In this document: in pieces, positions 51,540 to 64,000 of the stretch
Layout: each line of letters opens with the position of its first letter
Position numbering within the stretch: the stretch's first letter is position 1
NCBI RefSeq assembly: GCF_000143415.4
Contig: NW_003314351.1
Location: 39,467 to 103,466, forward strand
Reading direction: 5' to 3'
Source of the DNA: Selaginella moellendorffii
Lineage: Eukaryota > Plantae > Lycopodiophyta
DNA length: 64,000 nt
Notes under the pieces: model-generated
Told to the model about the DNA's origin: nothing
What the model saw: only the letters and a program-made list of their open reading frames with translations
The model's database searches: none
Made by a program: the position numbers and the translations under genes

Positions 51540-53520
51540 ATGGAGTAGAAGAGCGATGGCGCTCGCTTTGTAAGTGGCAATGCGGAGGATTTTCTCGTAG
51601 ATTTATCGTTCCAGTGATTGTGTTTCAGGCCGCTGGGATTCGACACGCGTGGCGCATTGAACAAGAGCGGCTATGGCGATTCGGCGATCCGATTTGGAGG
51701 TAAGTGTTAGTTTTTCAAGGAAAATCCCCGCCTTGTTCACGATCGAGACGCTCATCCTTCTTTGATTTCTACAGAGAACTTCCGACCAGACAAATGCTCG
51801 ACGCGTCCGATCTCGTTCGTTTTCCTGTCAATGAAACAGTAAAGTTTGAGACGCTTGCATCTCATGTTCTCACAAGTGGTCTTTGGACCTTCCCAGGTAC
51901 TTTTAAGTAGCATAACTCCACAGCATTGGTTTCCAAGGTGGAAGAAATTCTTGGGAGTTCCAAAGAAGCCACGCTGAGTTCTACACTAAACCTGAGTGCT
52001 GGAAGCTGGGTTTGCGTAGCTGGATGGTTTTTCGTTTAAGCTCGCTAGCAGCAGCGTCGAGAATTTGGAACGAACTCTCACTGGTGATATATGTCGGTAT
52101 CAGATGTTTGAGGAGGTGCTGCAGTGCATTAAGGTATGCTTTCTTTCACTATGAATACTTCAGTTTACTGACTTTGTGGACTGTCAGGGTGTTTCATTGC
52201 AAATCCGAACGATGTTTGCTTATTTGAATAACTCTCAAGTGAAAGCCGTATCGAGCACCGTTGCGGCACTTGAGGAGAACGGAGAGCCTTACGAGGGCTA
52301 ATACAAGGACCACCAGGTACGGGTGTTGTTAGCTGTTTTACTCTCAGTGTTTTAAAATTCGGGAAGGCAAGTACTAATTTGGCGCTCCCACCAATATGGC
52401 TATGCTGGAAGTTAGTTCACACTTGGTGAAGGTGAACGGCAGCTCCTGCACTACTGTTTGACAGGCATGGTAGATTCTCGCGACGTTTTCTAGACTTCGT
52501 GCGGAGGAGTTTGATAACCTCGGACACGAACTACTTGGGACTATTGAGCTTTTTATACAATAATCTGCCGAGAATCGAAAACGCTATTACGAAGCTTACA
52601 GGACTTATCAGCACCAATGCCGGGTCGTTTTTGGTCCCGCAAAAGTAATGAAATGGCCAGCCTTGAGCATCCAGTCAACAGCGTTAAAATTTGATATCAC
52701 CAACTGTTACCTCCTCCTGTAATCAGCAAGGTATGCTTCGTGCATTGATATCGTGTTATAAAAGCTTGTGTCTCCGCAGAGTCACAGAATGCTGGATGTA
52801 TGGGCGAGACTCCACGGCCATCTACAGGTTCTCGAACTATAGTTTTACCTGCGGAAAGTTCAAGATTGCCCGAATGTCATCTTGAGTTCTGCCATACAAG
52901 TTCACAGCGATAGGCAAACGAGGGAACTCTTTAAAGCCTGCCGAAGTCTTTCCAAAGTGACAAGAGGTACGAATCTTCTTGTCAGCTGGTTGACGTTCTA
53001 ATGCGAGCTTTTACAGAATCTACTGCAATCTTGAGGTTGGAATAATCTCACATATAAAAGTCAAGTACATGCATAAATGCTCGACTAGATTTCCTTTTCG
53101 GAGGCTGAAACTGTGGACGAAATGGATATAGTGATTTATCCACTGTGCTTTTTGGAAGATTATCGACGTCTGAAAGTCGCGATAACTCGAGCAAAAGGTA
53201 CTACATTCCGGTTTACGTATACTGGTCTTAAACTGTTCCTAAGCAGGCGGACGTCGGCCCTGCGGTGCTCCAGAGCTTACGTCTTTTGCTTCGTCCCGGA
53301 TCCTCCATTTTGGACTTACTTCCACGGGTGTTTGAAAGCGTTGATGGCTTGCTCTCAAGGAAGACTTGCCACGGGTCATGACTTTAACAGAAGATCCTTT
53401 CGTGACAAGCAGTGCTACTGCTGAACGACGACGGCAGCGAGCAGACAAAGAGCTCGGGTTTCCTGTTTCAGCAGAAAACGATGGAAAACCTGGCAAGAAC
53501 ATCTGTATTATATCAAAGAC
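51540..53520 (+). pseudogene. Unidentified degenerate multi-exon sequence
   Basis: Many GT/AG-bounded short blocks with in-frame stops; one weak MORN-like piece (YEG*YKD..GKY*F) near 52290-52380. Confidence 0.25.
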
Positions 53521-53710
53521 AAGATGCTCGAACAAGTAGGATTTGATCGAGAGCGTTGCATGGTAAGAAACTAGTTTTATTTCGACGATTTAGCATTTCT
53601 ACACTCGAACATGTTTGTGTTTGAAGAAAAGAAATAGTGCCTGCGTAGAGTAGAGCTCTTGGGGGATTGTTCTTTCATCAGAACAGAAACGAAAAAAAAA
53701 TAGACCTTCT

Positions 53711-54383
53711 CTACGCTACGTACGTGAGAATCGCTGGTAGAACGAGTGCTACTGCCAGATGATAAAGCTTTGGGATCGTCATGGAGGTGGAGGATGGTGT
53801 AGGCGCTGGGGGAGCGTCTGCAAAGCAAAAGCCTTGAGGAAGAAAAGAAGGAAAACTAGAGGGACTTTACCTCCTCCTGGAATCATCGGTGGCATTCCTG
53901 GCATCCATGGCATCGGCGGCATCTCACCTCCCGGTCCCATTCCTGGCATTGGTGCCATTCCAGTCCCTGGAAATCCTGGAAAGCCTGCGAGAAGAGAAAG
54001 CAAAAAAAAACTTTGTCAAAGAGCTTACTTGTGCTTCCACACTTACCATCACACTTGTGGACGTCCGCCTTGAGATTACAGAGCGCTGGGAGCTGCAAAG
54101 CAACAGTAGCGTTGATGTTTGGATCGTTTCTCTGCGCAGCGTCCGCGGCAACATAGCACAGGCAGATGGGATCGTCCTTCAAAAGCTCCGCAATCGCACT
54201 GCAGCACTGAGGACTGGGAGGACTCCCGCTTCCCTTCACCGCTGGCATGCATGGAAGCAACGCGATTATGTCCGGAGCGCATTGCTTCGCATAGTCTGGA
54301 GCTTGAGCCACCTCCTCGGCCGCGCTCACTGCAGAAAGAAACGTTACGATCGCTGTGACAATCACCAGACCTGTGACTTCCAT
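53711..54383 (-). CDS. GPI-anchored non-specific lipid transfer protein (type G / xylogen-like), 3 exons
   Basis: Signal peptide, Cys scaffold C..C..CC..CLC..C..C, Pro/Met/Gly linker, hydrophobic C-terminus LAVALVLPAILTYVA*. Confidence 0.9.
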
Positions 54384-54619
54384 CTCTGGGAAATGAAATG
54401 AAGATGGTCGGTCTCAAAGCTTCGGATCTTATTGCCGCGGTAAAGGACAGCGTCGTCACCTTGGACGTTCCGTCACAATGCCGGTTTTCTCTATGCTGAG
54501 AACATATAGGATGAAAATTATAATACGCGTGAAGGAACCAGCTCGCTCCTACTGGCAAGAAGGAAAAAGACAGTGAATTAATTTGTAAGATCTGCAAAGA
54601 TGGCTACGACTACTACCTT

Positions 54620-55832
54620 TTACATCAAGGCCCGGCCCTGGCAACTTTCACCTTGGACGAACTCCAGCACGGTTTGTTTCAGTTCCGAGAGATGAGAACT
54701 ATAACCGTGATCAGCTCCCTCCACGATTCTGAGAGTGTGATTTGGTACGTGCTTGTCAAACTCGTATGCATCTTCCACGGTCACGACCTCGTCCTCCGAT
54801 CCATGTATCGTTAGCACTCTGTGAATCGGTGGAAGCAAAAGTTTAAAACCAAAGAGAGGAAGAACGAAGGCAAACTTTTGAGTACCTGCAGTTGCTTGGG
54901 ATTTTTCCCACCTCGCCAAACATATCGATGGAGAGTCTTTGCATAAGGTTCTCCTTTGTGACATTGAAGTCGCCTGAAAAAAGCAATACATAGATGAAAC
55001 CATGCATTTTGATAGTTCGAGGAGATCTTACCTTGTTTATCTCTAACGGTGACGAAACCTTCACGATCCAGGCGCTCCATAAAGTCACTTCCAAGCCGTG
55101 ACTTGAGGCCTCTCTTGAGCAAACCACGTCCACTGCAATTCACGACGAGAGGAACATCGCCATACTTGGAAGAATATAGCAACACCGCATTGCCACCTAC
55201 ACGGCCAAGATCATCAAAACTCGAGAGCCAAAAGAGAGAGAAACATACACACCTTTGCTGTGACCGATTATACAATTCACGAGCCGGGTTTGAGCCCTCC
55301 AGTGAAGAACCACAGCACGAAGATCTTCTACTTCTTGCCAGTATCCTCCATAAGAAAACTCACCCTCGCTTTCCCTGTGACGAAGAACGAACAATCTCGT
55401 GAAAAGTCTCATTGCAATCGGCTCACCCATTGCCAGAGAAATCGAATCGGTACGTGCTTAAGCCGGCTTCCGCTAGAGCATTGGCTAGAACAACCAAACC
55501 AGTAGACTCCTGAGATAAAAAGAGGACAAAAGAGGCCAATCTCTCGCTCTTGTGAAGAAGCAATCGAATCGAAAGCATACCTTGCTCGATCGCAGTCCAT
55601 GGCAGAGAATGCAGAGGTCTGGAGATCCAGTATCATCCAAAATACCTACGAGCTTCTTGCCCTGGAAGTTGGGAACCACCACTCGCGATTTGCGAGAAGA
55701 GGGCCCCGATTCGACTGCTGGAGCTGCCATTGCGACGGTGGCGCCAAGGATCCGGCGATCGGCTGCGCGGTGGAGTGGAAAAGCTCCCGGTGCGCTAGCA
55801 AAAGATCCCTTGTTAAGGAGGCTAGCATTCAT
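54620..55832 (-). CDS. Alpha/beta hydrolase (At3g47560/At5g11910-like), probable transit peptide
   Basis: LCHGLRSSK, RFDFSGNGESEG, EVEDLRAVV, GHSKGG nucleophile elbow, TIHGSEDEVV, EGADHGY; start at 55832 or 55856. Confidence 0.9.
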
Positions 55833-55891
55833 CGTGTTTAGGGTTCTTAGTCTCATTCTTGAGAAGGCGGCGATTCGCGAAGCCGCGCGCC

Positions 55892-56397
55892 ATGGTAAGA
55901 TTTCCTCTCGAAATCTCGCTCCCTTGCGATCGGATTTCTTTGCTTCTTCCAGTCGATGTTCATCCGAGTGAAGCGCAAGAAGACGACTTACTTCCTGCAT
56001 TGCGATCCTTCCGAGACCGTGCTGGAGATCAAGCAGAAGCTACAGGCACTGAGCGAGAACCATGTCGATGACCAGCGCCTCATCTTGATCGCCAACAAGC
56101 TCGTGCTGGAGGATCACAAAACTCTCGCTGATCAGAAGGTTCGCTTGCAAATATTTCCCTTCCCTTGTAGAATTTCGATCCAAATTTCTCCGTGATTTCT
56201 CTTAACCAGGTGGAGAACGATGCGATCGTTGCGATGACTCTCAAGATTCGTGGTAAAAAACTTTTCTAGTTTTTTTTCTCGTTTCTTCTTTTTTTTTCTC
56301 ACTAGAATCGCTGCTGTGTTTAGAAACTGGTGATTGGGAGGAAGTCGTGATTGACAAGCCCGGCGAGCATCCAAAGCCAGACACCGATGCGAGCTGA
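55892..56397 (+). CDS. Elongin-B-like ubiquitin-fold protein
   Basis: ATG-only first exon, then SMFIRVKRKKTTYFLHCDPSETVLEIKQKL...DQRLIL..VLEDHKTLADQKVENDAIVAMTL...WEEVVIDKP. Confidence 0.88.
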
Positions 56398-56575
56398 AAC
56401 GAGCAAAGCAACTGTATAGTTCTTCCTCACTCATCAGGTCACCACTCGAGGTTTTGTAAATCTCTTTCAATTGGAAGCTTTGAGGTTCTTGGTATATACG
56501 CTGGCTTTCGTCTCCTCTGTTCCTAGGGGTTTCTAATCCTCTGTAATGCAGTGATTCTTAAGAGTAGAGGAGACA

Positions 56576-59214
56576 ATGGTGCTCCTGCTGCTGCCTGGAG
56601 CAGCAGCAGTGCTTCACTCGTGCTGCTCGCAGCTCCAGTTTCAATCCAGGTATCCATTCACTTCCCAGAGTCAGAGAGAAGTTTCGTTTTTGGGAGGTCT
56701 AGGACAGTGGGAAGGAACAGGATCTAGAACTAGTTCTAGTGGTAGTAGTAGTAGTAGCAGGGTCTCGTGCTCCGAAGGATTTGTGAATGGAACAGAGTTA
56801 CCGGTTGGGACTCTTAGTGTGGATAATGACAATGGCGGTGATAGGAATTCACTGGTAGCTGAGGAGCAGTGCTCTAGCTCTCCAGGGGCCGAGAAAGATA
56901 ATCCTTGGTTAGAATTGACGAAGGCTAAACCGGGTACTGAGGTGAGGAAGAGTACGAATACTCTGAGCAGTGCTTTCAAGAAGTTTTTGTTCGTCACTGG
57001 GGACTCGAAGCAGCCAAAGTGGGCGGATAGGCGAACTGCGGTGCTCGTCGTTCAGAATGCCAGCAATTTGGACTCCGCGCTAACGAGGTACATACAGATC
57101 CTTTTTGTTTTTCATTTGCAAAGCAAAAATGCTAATACTTCGAAATGGATGGCAGAGTGGGTGATAAACTGGAGGTTTCGGATTTAAATCTGCTGTTGCG
57201 GAGATTTGGAAACCACGGACGTTGGGACGATGCTTGCGAAGTAACTATTCTTTCCTCTTTACCTTTCTTTCTCCCTTGCTTAAACGTTTCATGTAGTTGT
57301 TCGAGTGGATGGAGAAGGCAGGCAAGTGTTCTGGGGCTTCGTATTCCACTTTCATCATCTTGCTTGGTAAAGTGGGAAGGATCCAGAAGGCCTTATACGT
57401 ATACAATTCTCTGAGCGAAGAGCTTAAGCTGAATCCTTTTATTGCCAACTCCATCTTAAGTACGCTTGTCAACAACTGGAAGGTCACAAGGTCTTTCAGG
57501 TTGTTTCGCAAGATGAAGGAATCGGGATTTCATCCAGACAGCATTACATATTCCACGGTAAGCTAATTTAGCTGTGTTCTCCGTTGCTCATTGTCCTACA
57601 TTTTATTTTTCAGATACTTTGCGCCTGTTTGAAGATCCACAATGGATATGAAAGGTCTCAAGAATTACTCGAGGAGATGAAAGCCAGGGGACTGAAGCCT
57701 GATGCCTACGCATACGGCTCGCTGTTGCGCGTCTACTGTGCTACTGAAATGGAAGACAAAGCCAAGGCGCTCGTGGAAGAGATGCGGTCTGAAGGTGTAA
57801 TATTGACGCTGTATCACTACAGCTACCTCATCAACCTCTACGCACGCAAGAGAAAGCCAGCAGAGGCGGAGAAGATTTTTGCAGCTATCAAAGAGTCGGG
57901 TCTAGAACCAAACGAGGTACGCATGTTCGATTCAATGATTCGTGTCATGCATGCTTCCCTCTATTTTACAGATTGTTTATCGCTCGCTTCTTAACGTTTA
58001 CGGTCGTAGCGGTCTTCTCGAGAAAGCTAGAAAGACAATTGCTGAAATTCAAGCTTCAGGAATGCACCCTGACATGGTATGTATTCTGCAAAACTTTGTA
58101 TTACCTTCTCATCATCCTGCAGATTATGTACTCGTGTTTGATGGATGCGTACGTCAGTTCGGGGAAAGTATACGAGGCTCACGAGATCCTTGTTGACATG
58201 AGTCGTAAAGGAGTTAGGCCAGGTAAGTCCTAGTTTCTTTGTTTTGGACAGAACAATTGTATCAAGATCTGTGCTTATTCCAGGTGGTAACGCGTATAGT
58301 ATATTGATATGGGGCTACGGAAGCATTGGCGACTTGGACATGGTGGACAAACTGGCCGCCGAGAGCCAGACTAGACGGAAAGGCAAACAAGACGTGAGAC
58401 TCTTCAACTCGCTCTTAAAAGCGTACTCCAAACTCCAGCATGACGATGGCATCACAAACACACTGGAGAAAATGGACGACGAAGGGATAATGCCGAACAA
58501 AGGCAGCTTCAACATCTTGATTGAGCACCTTTGCGAGAGAAGAATGTTCGGCCTGGCGTTACGAACGTACAGGGACATGAAAAACAGGGGTCTCAGACCA
58601 AATGCCGTAAGCTCGTCAGCTTCTGTGCTTTGAAAACTCTCACACACTTTCTTTTGTGGCTTGCTCAGGGAACGTATTCGAGGCTCTTGTCCGGGCTGAC
58701 GAATGCGGCGCACCTAGAACAGGATCGTCCTCAGTCGCACCTTTCGGAAATCCTCTCAGCAGCCGAGCACCGACACGAAAAAGGCGTCGATCTGCTGTCC
58801 GAGGCCTACAGGATTTTCAAAGAGATGCAAACTTCGGAGATTTACTGCCATGAGCCAGCACTGGAGCAATTCATAGAGGCCAACGCGGTAGCCAAGAACT
58901 GGCCAGTGGCCGTGGAGGCACTCGGCGAGATGAGGAAAGCTCGCCTCAAAGCCAGCAAGGTTTGTATCAATGCGTTTGTTCTTGTTTGTTGAAGTTCGAT
59001 AGTTTCGTGATCTTTTTTATCTCTCTCTCCTGTGTAGGTGCTCCTGGAATTCCTCTTGTCTAAAGCGGCGGAGGACAAACACTATGGAGCGATGAGCGAA
59101 TTGCTGAGGCATGTCAAATCTCAAGGCTGTGCTCTAAATCCCGAGCTTTTGGAGATGGTGAAGCAGAAATTTGTGGAGCTGGATCAAGTGAAAGGAGTTC
59201 TTGACAACTTGTAA
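56576..59214 (+). CDS. P-type PPR protein, chloroplast, At1g10910/EMB3103-like
   Basis: LEVSDLNLLLRRFGNHGRW, LFEWME, NPFIANSILSTLV, TYSTILCACLKIHNGYERS, YHYSYLINLY; multi-intron; stop at 59212-59214. Confidence 0.85.
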
Positions 59215-59676
59215 GAAAAATGAGAAGCACAATTGTATTGTATTGTATGTTCTGTTTTAGATCTTGCAGCATAAGAGAGTCTATGGCATTTCGACTTTAT
59301 AATTTTTTTCTAGAAAAGGTGTCTGGGCTGATGCTGAAAACTTCCAGTCAAAGTGTACGCTTTCATAATTTTGTAAGCCGAGTTTCTGGAATCTCGCTCC
59401 TATTTAAGATTTCGCAAGTAGTCCAGAGAACTAATTGACATAAAAACTTTTGTTAAGACATGTTTTCTTTTTATTTCAAATTTTACTTTTTACTCCTCGA
59501 TGCTGATAATTAAATCAGCCTCTGCAAATTTGACTGGGAGATGGGAAAGTATTCTTGAGCCTGTTTTTTCGAGAAGTGTACTTCTCTGCAGGAATGCGGT
59601 TGAAATCGTCGACCTGTTCAGCGTCATGCAATATTTACTGAAACTAAATCGACATGTTATCATGTCAAGAGCTGCG

Positions 59677-62600
59677 TTACTCATGCAGCATATCCTCGGC
59701 CTCTGAAACCCTTGGCTCGTCTTCTCCAGCCTCCATTCTCCGCAAAACAATCTCCCGTTCTAGCAACAAAAACTCCTGCACATTGTACAAAGCTTCCCTG
59801 TAATATAATCTGTTTGGACAAATGCGATAATACCTCTAGCTGACTGCCGCTAAACAGTCCCTGAAGAGCTCCCGACGCAACCAGTTGTATTAGATCGTCC
59901 TCAGGATCATCACCTGCTGTCATCTCAGAGACCGGAAGCCAGGCACGAATCTGAAACAAGTTCCAGGATGAGCACGATGGGCAAGGAATTGCAAATTAAG
60001 ACGCACCTGCATGCATCGTAGCACAAGTTCTGGAAGGCAGCAACGACGGCAAATACCCCGCGCCACGGATGGAGCATCCCGGCGTACACCATCCGAGTGA
60101 ATAGAAAACGCATCCATTCGAAGAACTTCTATCGCAACACCAGGATGGAAATGTGGAAGTTCTCCTGCAATGAAAGAAAAAAACAAGGAGGAAATAAATC
60201 CTGATGGCCAGTTTGAAAAGTAAACCTTTAATGCCAGCAGCCATGATTGCTGACAGAAATCCACCATCACTTGATACAAGTGATTCAATGCCTTCCCCTT
60301 CAAGAGCCGCACATTTGAGCTCGATATCCAGTAACATATTGTTCTGAGGATTGACAGCCACATTCACCTGTTTCACTCGAGTCGTAAGATTACAGAAACA
60401 CGAGATAAGAGTTCTTTTTACCGTCAAGTTACGTTGACTGGAAGCCAGCTCTCCCATGCACAAATACAATGCGCTGTTCAGAGCAGTGCAAACTGTAGGG
60501 TCTGGAACAAAGTAAGGATCCGATGGTCTCGATAAAACGACAGTGGCAAAAAGTTCCACGGATTCGAAGGCTTCATCGTTAATGACTTCAGATCCCAGAA
60601 GCCACTTTCCTTCGCTATCTGAAAACAAAAATGTGAGAACAACATAGGCTGAAGGATAACTTACTGTGAAGAAAAGCAGCGGCTGTGTCAAGGGCTTGTC
60701 TCGCAGCAGCAAAAGACTTTGCTCTTTCTTCGGGTGAACTGAAGTTCTCAATTGTTGATAGCCAGCTTCGATAATGTGCGTCACAAGAAAAGTATTCTTG
60801 CTGAAAGAACAACATTTATACATACCAGGAAAGAAAGAAAAAAGCCAGGCAGCAACGTACCCAATCAAGAAACTCTTGGTAGTTTTCTTTTGTGTCGTAG
60901 TTCTCGTGCAAAAGTACAGAATCTGCTTCTTCTCCTAATGGTGCCGCAAGATGTCCAAAAAGTGCTTGCGAGCCTTCCGGAATCTCAACACTACGCCATA
61001 GTGACGTTAGTGAGATCTCTCGCAACAAAATGTTACTGCACATGACAAGAAAATCAATAGCAGAATTCAAATATCACACATATACCTGTGCTGTAAAGCA
61101 AGAGCAAGTAACTCTATCCTCATTAGCTCCGAATCTGGTAGACCTGCTCGAGGAGTAAAGCACATCCATTGCACAGAATGTCCTTTCTGTAAGTTTTCCA
61201 CCCTCTCTGAGTCTTCAGCTTTCACATTACTAACGGATGGTTTGAGTTCACGCGACTTCTCCAAGAAACTATAAAGTAGCAGATAGTTAGACTGATGAGC
61301 AATATTTACAAAAAGAGTCAGATTACCTCTTACATATAGCCGACACGGATCCCTTTTTTCCATCATCGTAGAATGGCAGATATTCCATTGCTGAGGAGAA
61401 GAATTTACGTTTTACCATCTCGCTGATGAAAATGCAGGTCAGATTGATTTAAACAAACAGATAAACCACTTACCTGTCATTCTGCCGTAGCTCCATCATA
61501 TGCACGTAAAGGTCCACGCACAAGTGCGGGGCTAGATGAGAGGCATAAGGACCAACGAGCTCTTCCTTGTGTTGCGTGAAGAGAAAAATCACGTACCTAA
61601 AAGAATAACAACCATAAACAAGTAAACGGAAGTGACAATCAATCATACGTGTTCAGGATTAAATCTCCGACCAATTCAAGCCTGTCAGCGTATTGCTCCT
61701 TCAATCCTTCCGGAAGAATCGACCGCAGCACCAGAACCAGATGTGCAGCGAAACGGATCATTTGAGGATGCCCGTGTGGCCTAAGAGAAAGTCAGCTTAA
61801 CGCAAAATGATCAAAGCGTACATACTTGATGTTAGAACTGTCGTCTCGACTGGGAAGAATCCACGTTTTCAGCATTTCCAGTAACGCTGCTATATCAGAG
61901 ACCACAACGTGCATCTGTACAACGCAAAAACAATTACAACGTAAAGTAACAAGAAACTTACCTGTATAAGTCGATGTTGTTCCTTACAGCTCCGTCTCAC
62001 ACTTTCACTAACCAGATTACTGAGAGACACATAAAAGGTCAGCACGAATTCATGATAAGACAAGATGTGTACCCAGAGTACAGCTTTTGAAACAAGTTGA
62101 TAAAATCACGAGGTTGCTGCTCAACAACAGGGTCAGGCCAAGTGGAAGATGAATCGATCGTGCTTGAAGGATGTCGGTCAGAAAGCTCCAACTCGATTTG
62201 AGTATCTAGCCAAGACCTCACAAGAGCCCAAAACGCCGACTGCAAAAACACGATGGCTTTCTTCAGATTAGAAACACAGCACAATACCTCCCAGTCGGCG
62301 CAAACAGGTAACATATGGTTTACATTGCCACACTGAGCAGCAAAAACGGCACTCTCATATCTCCCCCCTTCACTTGACGCTATTTTCTGAAACACCTTGT
62401 TAGAAAACACGAACACAAGCTCAAAGTCCATACCTCGGAAGCACAAAAACAAGCCCATTTCCAAAGCTTCCTTTGGCGTCCAAGTCCTCCATCAAGCTCT
62501 ATAGCTTCTAAAGCTCGCTCGTTAAATGCATTTTGCATTGTAGGTGAGTAACCAGTCAAGCAGCCACCTAGGCTTGCAGCTCTCCACGCCTGAGAATGAA

Positions 62601-63960
62601 AAATAGCTGTAATTAATTCAATAAATAAGCGCATGGTTTTTGCTTCACCTGTCCAGACGTGCGACACAGGTCCTGCGCTTCTGTGATTCTTCCAGCTCGG
62701 ATGAGCTTCCACACATCTTCTAAAAGACCATCTTCCAGTTTCTGCGATAAATACGATATACGCAAGAAGAGGACCCGTAAGAACGAAGTACCTGATCTTC
62801 GGGATGCAACTGTAAGCCTTCTCGAGTTGGAGCATCAGGATCCAAATGTCGAACATAGTGAGTTCCAATATTTTTCTTGATTGCACGTTTTGTTTGATCC
62901 CACAGGCCTAACTTTTGAGTGTATGATCCCGCATACCATCCCTTCCTCTGTAACGATAAGGTCTGTAGACACGCATATACTCCATAGAAGAGCTTTACCT
63001 TCTTTTCTAAATCCAATTCCTTGGACGCCAGACTCTCGAGCCATTGAACAAGACGAAGACATGTTTGAGCAGTCTCATCGTTTCTTACAAACTCGGACGC
63101 AACTTGGGCTGATGTGCTTGCTTTCTGCCATAAAAATATGTTTATCAGGTGAAACCAGAAGACATGCATACAAATACCTGATTGTCTTCCATGCTATCCT
63201 CTAAGAAACAATAAAGTCAGTCCCGTTGAAACGTAATAAGCGATGCTACCTTTTCCATACAAATGCCACAGAAGTGCCCATGATGAAGCCTCGGAATGTA
63301 GCAATTGAGCCTTCTGACGTAGAACCCTGTCTTCTACAGCTCGATGCTTCTCAGCTGCCTCGTCTCTGTAAAGAAGAAGCTGCTAAGTTCCAGTCGTTGT
63401 CAGCAAGTTGTTTCACCTGACTGCCTCCGCTAGGTCCCGGCAAATGTCTTCAAACTCGCTCAAGAGCTCGGAAAGAGACGTGAAGCCTGTCAAAGGAAAA
63501 CATAAGCAGAGTTGTATGACTAGAAAACAAAAGTGGTGAACCGTGTAGCCATGTATCCACGCCAGAAGCAAAGCGCTCAAATGAATCTTCTCCAGCGTCA
63601 GATGGCTGATCTGGTTCCTAGAGACCAATGCGGGTGAGAAGAGAGAAGAGTAGCAGCAAGAACCACACCTCTTTGACATGTTTGATTCGTGGTACAGCAA
63701 CCGGGGACTCTTGCTTGTCAATCACCGGCTCTTCGGGAAAGCTAGGAAGCTCTGGCTCGGGACGCCGCTCCACTTTGGCTGGAATTTGCAAGTCTTTGGC
63801 AAGCAGCGACGTGCTTGGAAGATGCCGCGTCCTGTGCCATTGCTGCATTTCACCAGCATTCTCACAGGAAGAGAAACACACACCTGTATCGCCGAAATTT
63901 CTGCCTCTCCTTGCCAATCTCCCAGCGATCAATGTCGTCAAACGAGAAATCCTCGTCCAT
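59677..63960 (-). CDS. NUP107: Nuclear pore complex protein NUP107 (intact, many introns)
   Basis: MDEDF...QKFRRY, TAQTCLRLVQWLESLASKELDLEKK, HLDPDAPTRE, LWKWACFCASEKIA, QQPRDFINLFQKL, RGICRRCCLPELVLRCMQ, QEFLLLERE. Confidence 0.95.
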
Positions 63961-64000
63961 GGCGTCGTCGCCACCGTGCCAGGGCAACGCCGCTGGCGCT

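Overview
Eukaryotic land-plant genomic DNA. The very short (~45-60 nt) introns, tight gene packing and 'FDRMP..vvSW'-type PPR debris suggest a lycophyte such as Selaginella (inference). The window has two very different halves. The right half (~33.1-64 kb) is an ordinary dense run of intact intron-containing genes: plastid TPI, EB1, an LRL-type bHLH, a 4CL-like acyl-activating enzyme, a BTB/POZ protein, a PATROL1/DUF810 unc-13 homolog, a GPI-anchored LTP, an alpha/beta hydrolase, an elongin-B-like ubiquitin-fold protein, an EMB3103-like PPR and NUP107. The left half (1-32.9 kb) is a rearranged duplication zone. It holds at least five decayed, intron-retaining copies of the NUP107 gene that lies intact at 59.7-64 kb; captured pieces of unrelated genes (plastid PrfB, USP, alpha/beta hydrolase, PPR); gypsy and LINE remnants; and two divergent membrane-protein families that recur together: a 'half-MFS' family resembling only the N-terminal 6-TM half of plant OCT/SLC22 transporters, and a divergent SWEET-like family. 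The clearest structural signal is a ~6.7-kb segment (10543-17198) that reappears inverted and circularly permuted at 25787-32550 with base-precise junctions, the expected footprint of an extrachromosomal circle re-integrating nearby. All homology calls come from manual motif recognition, not database searches; pseudogene boundaries are approximate.
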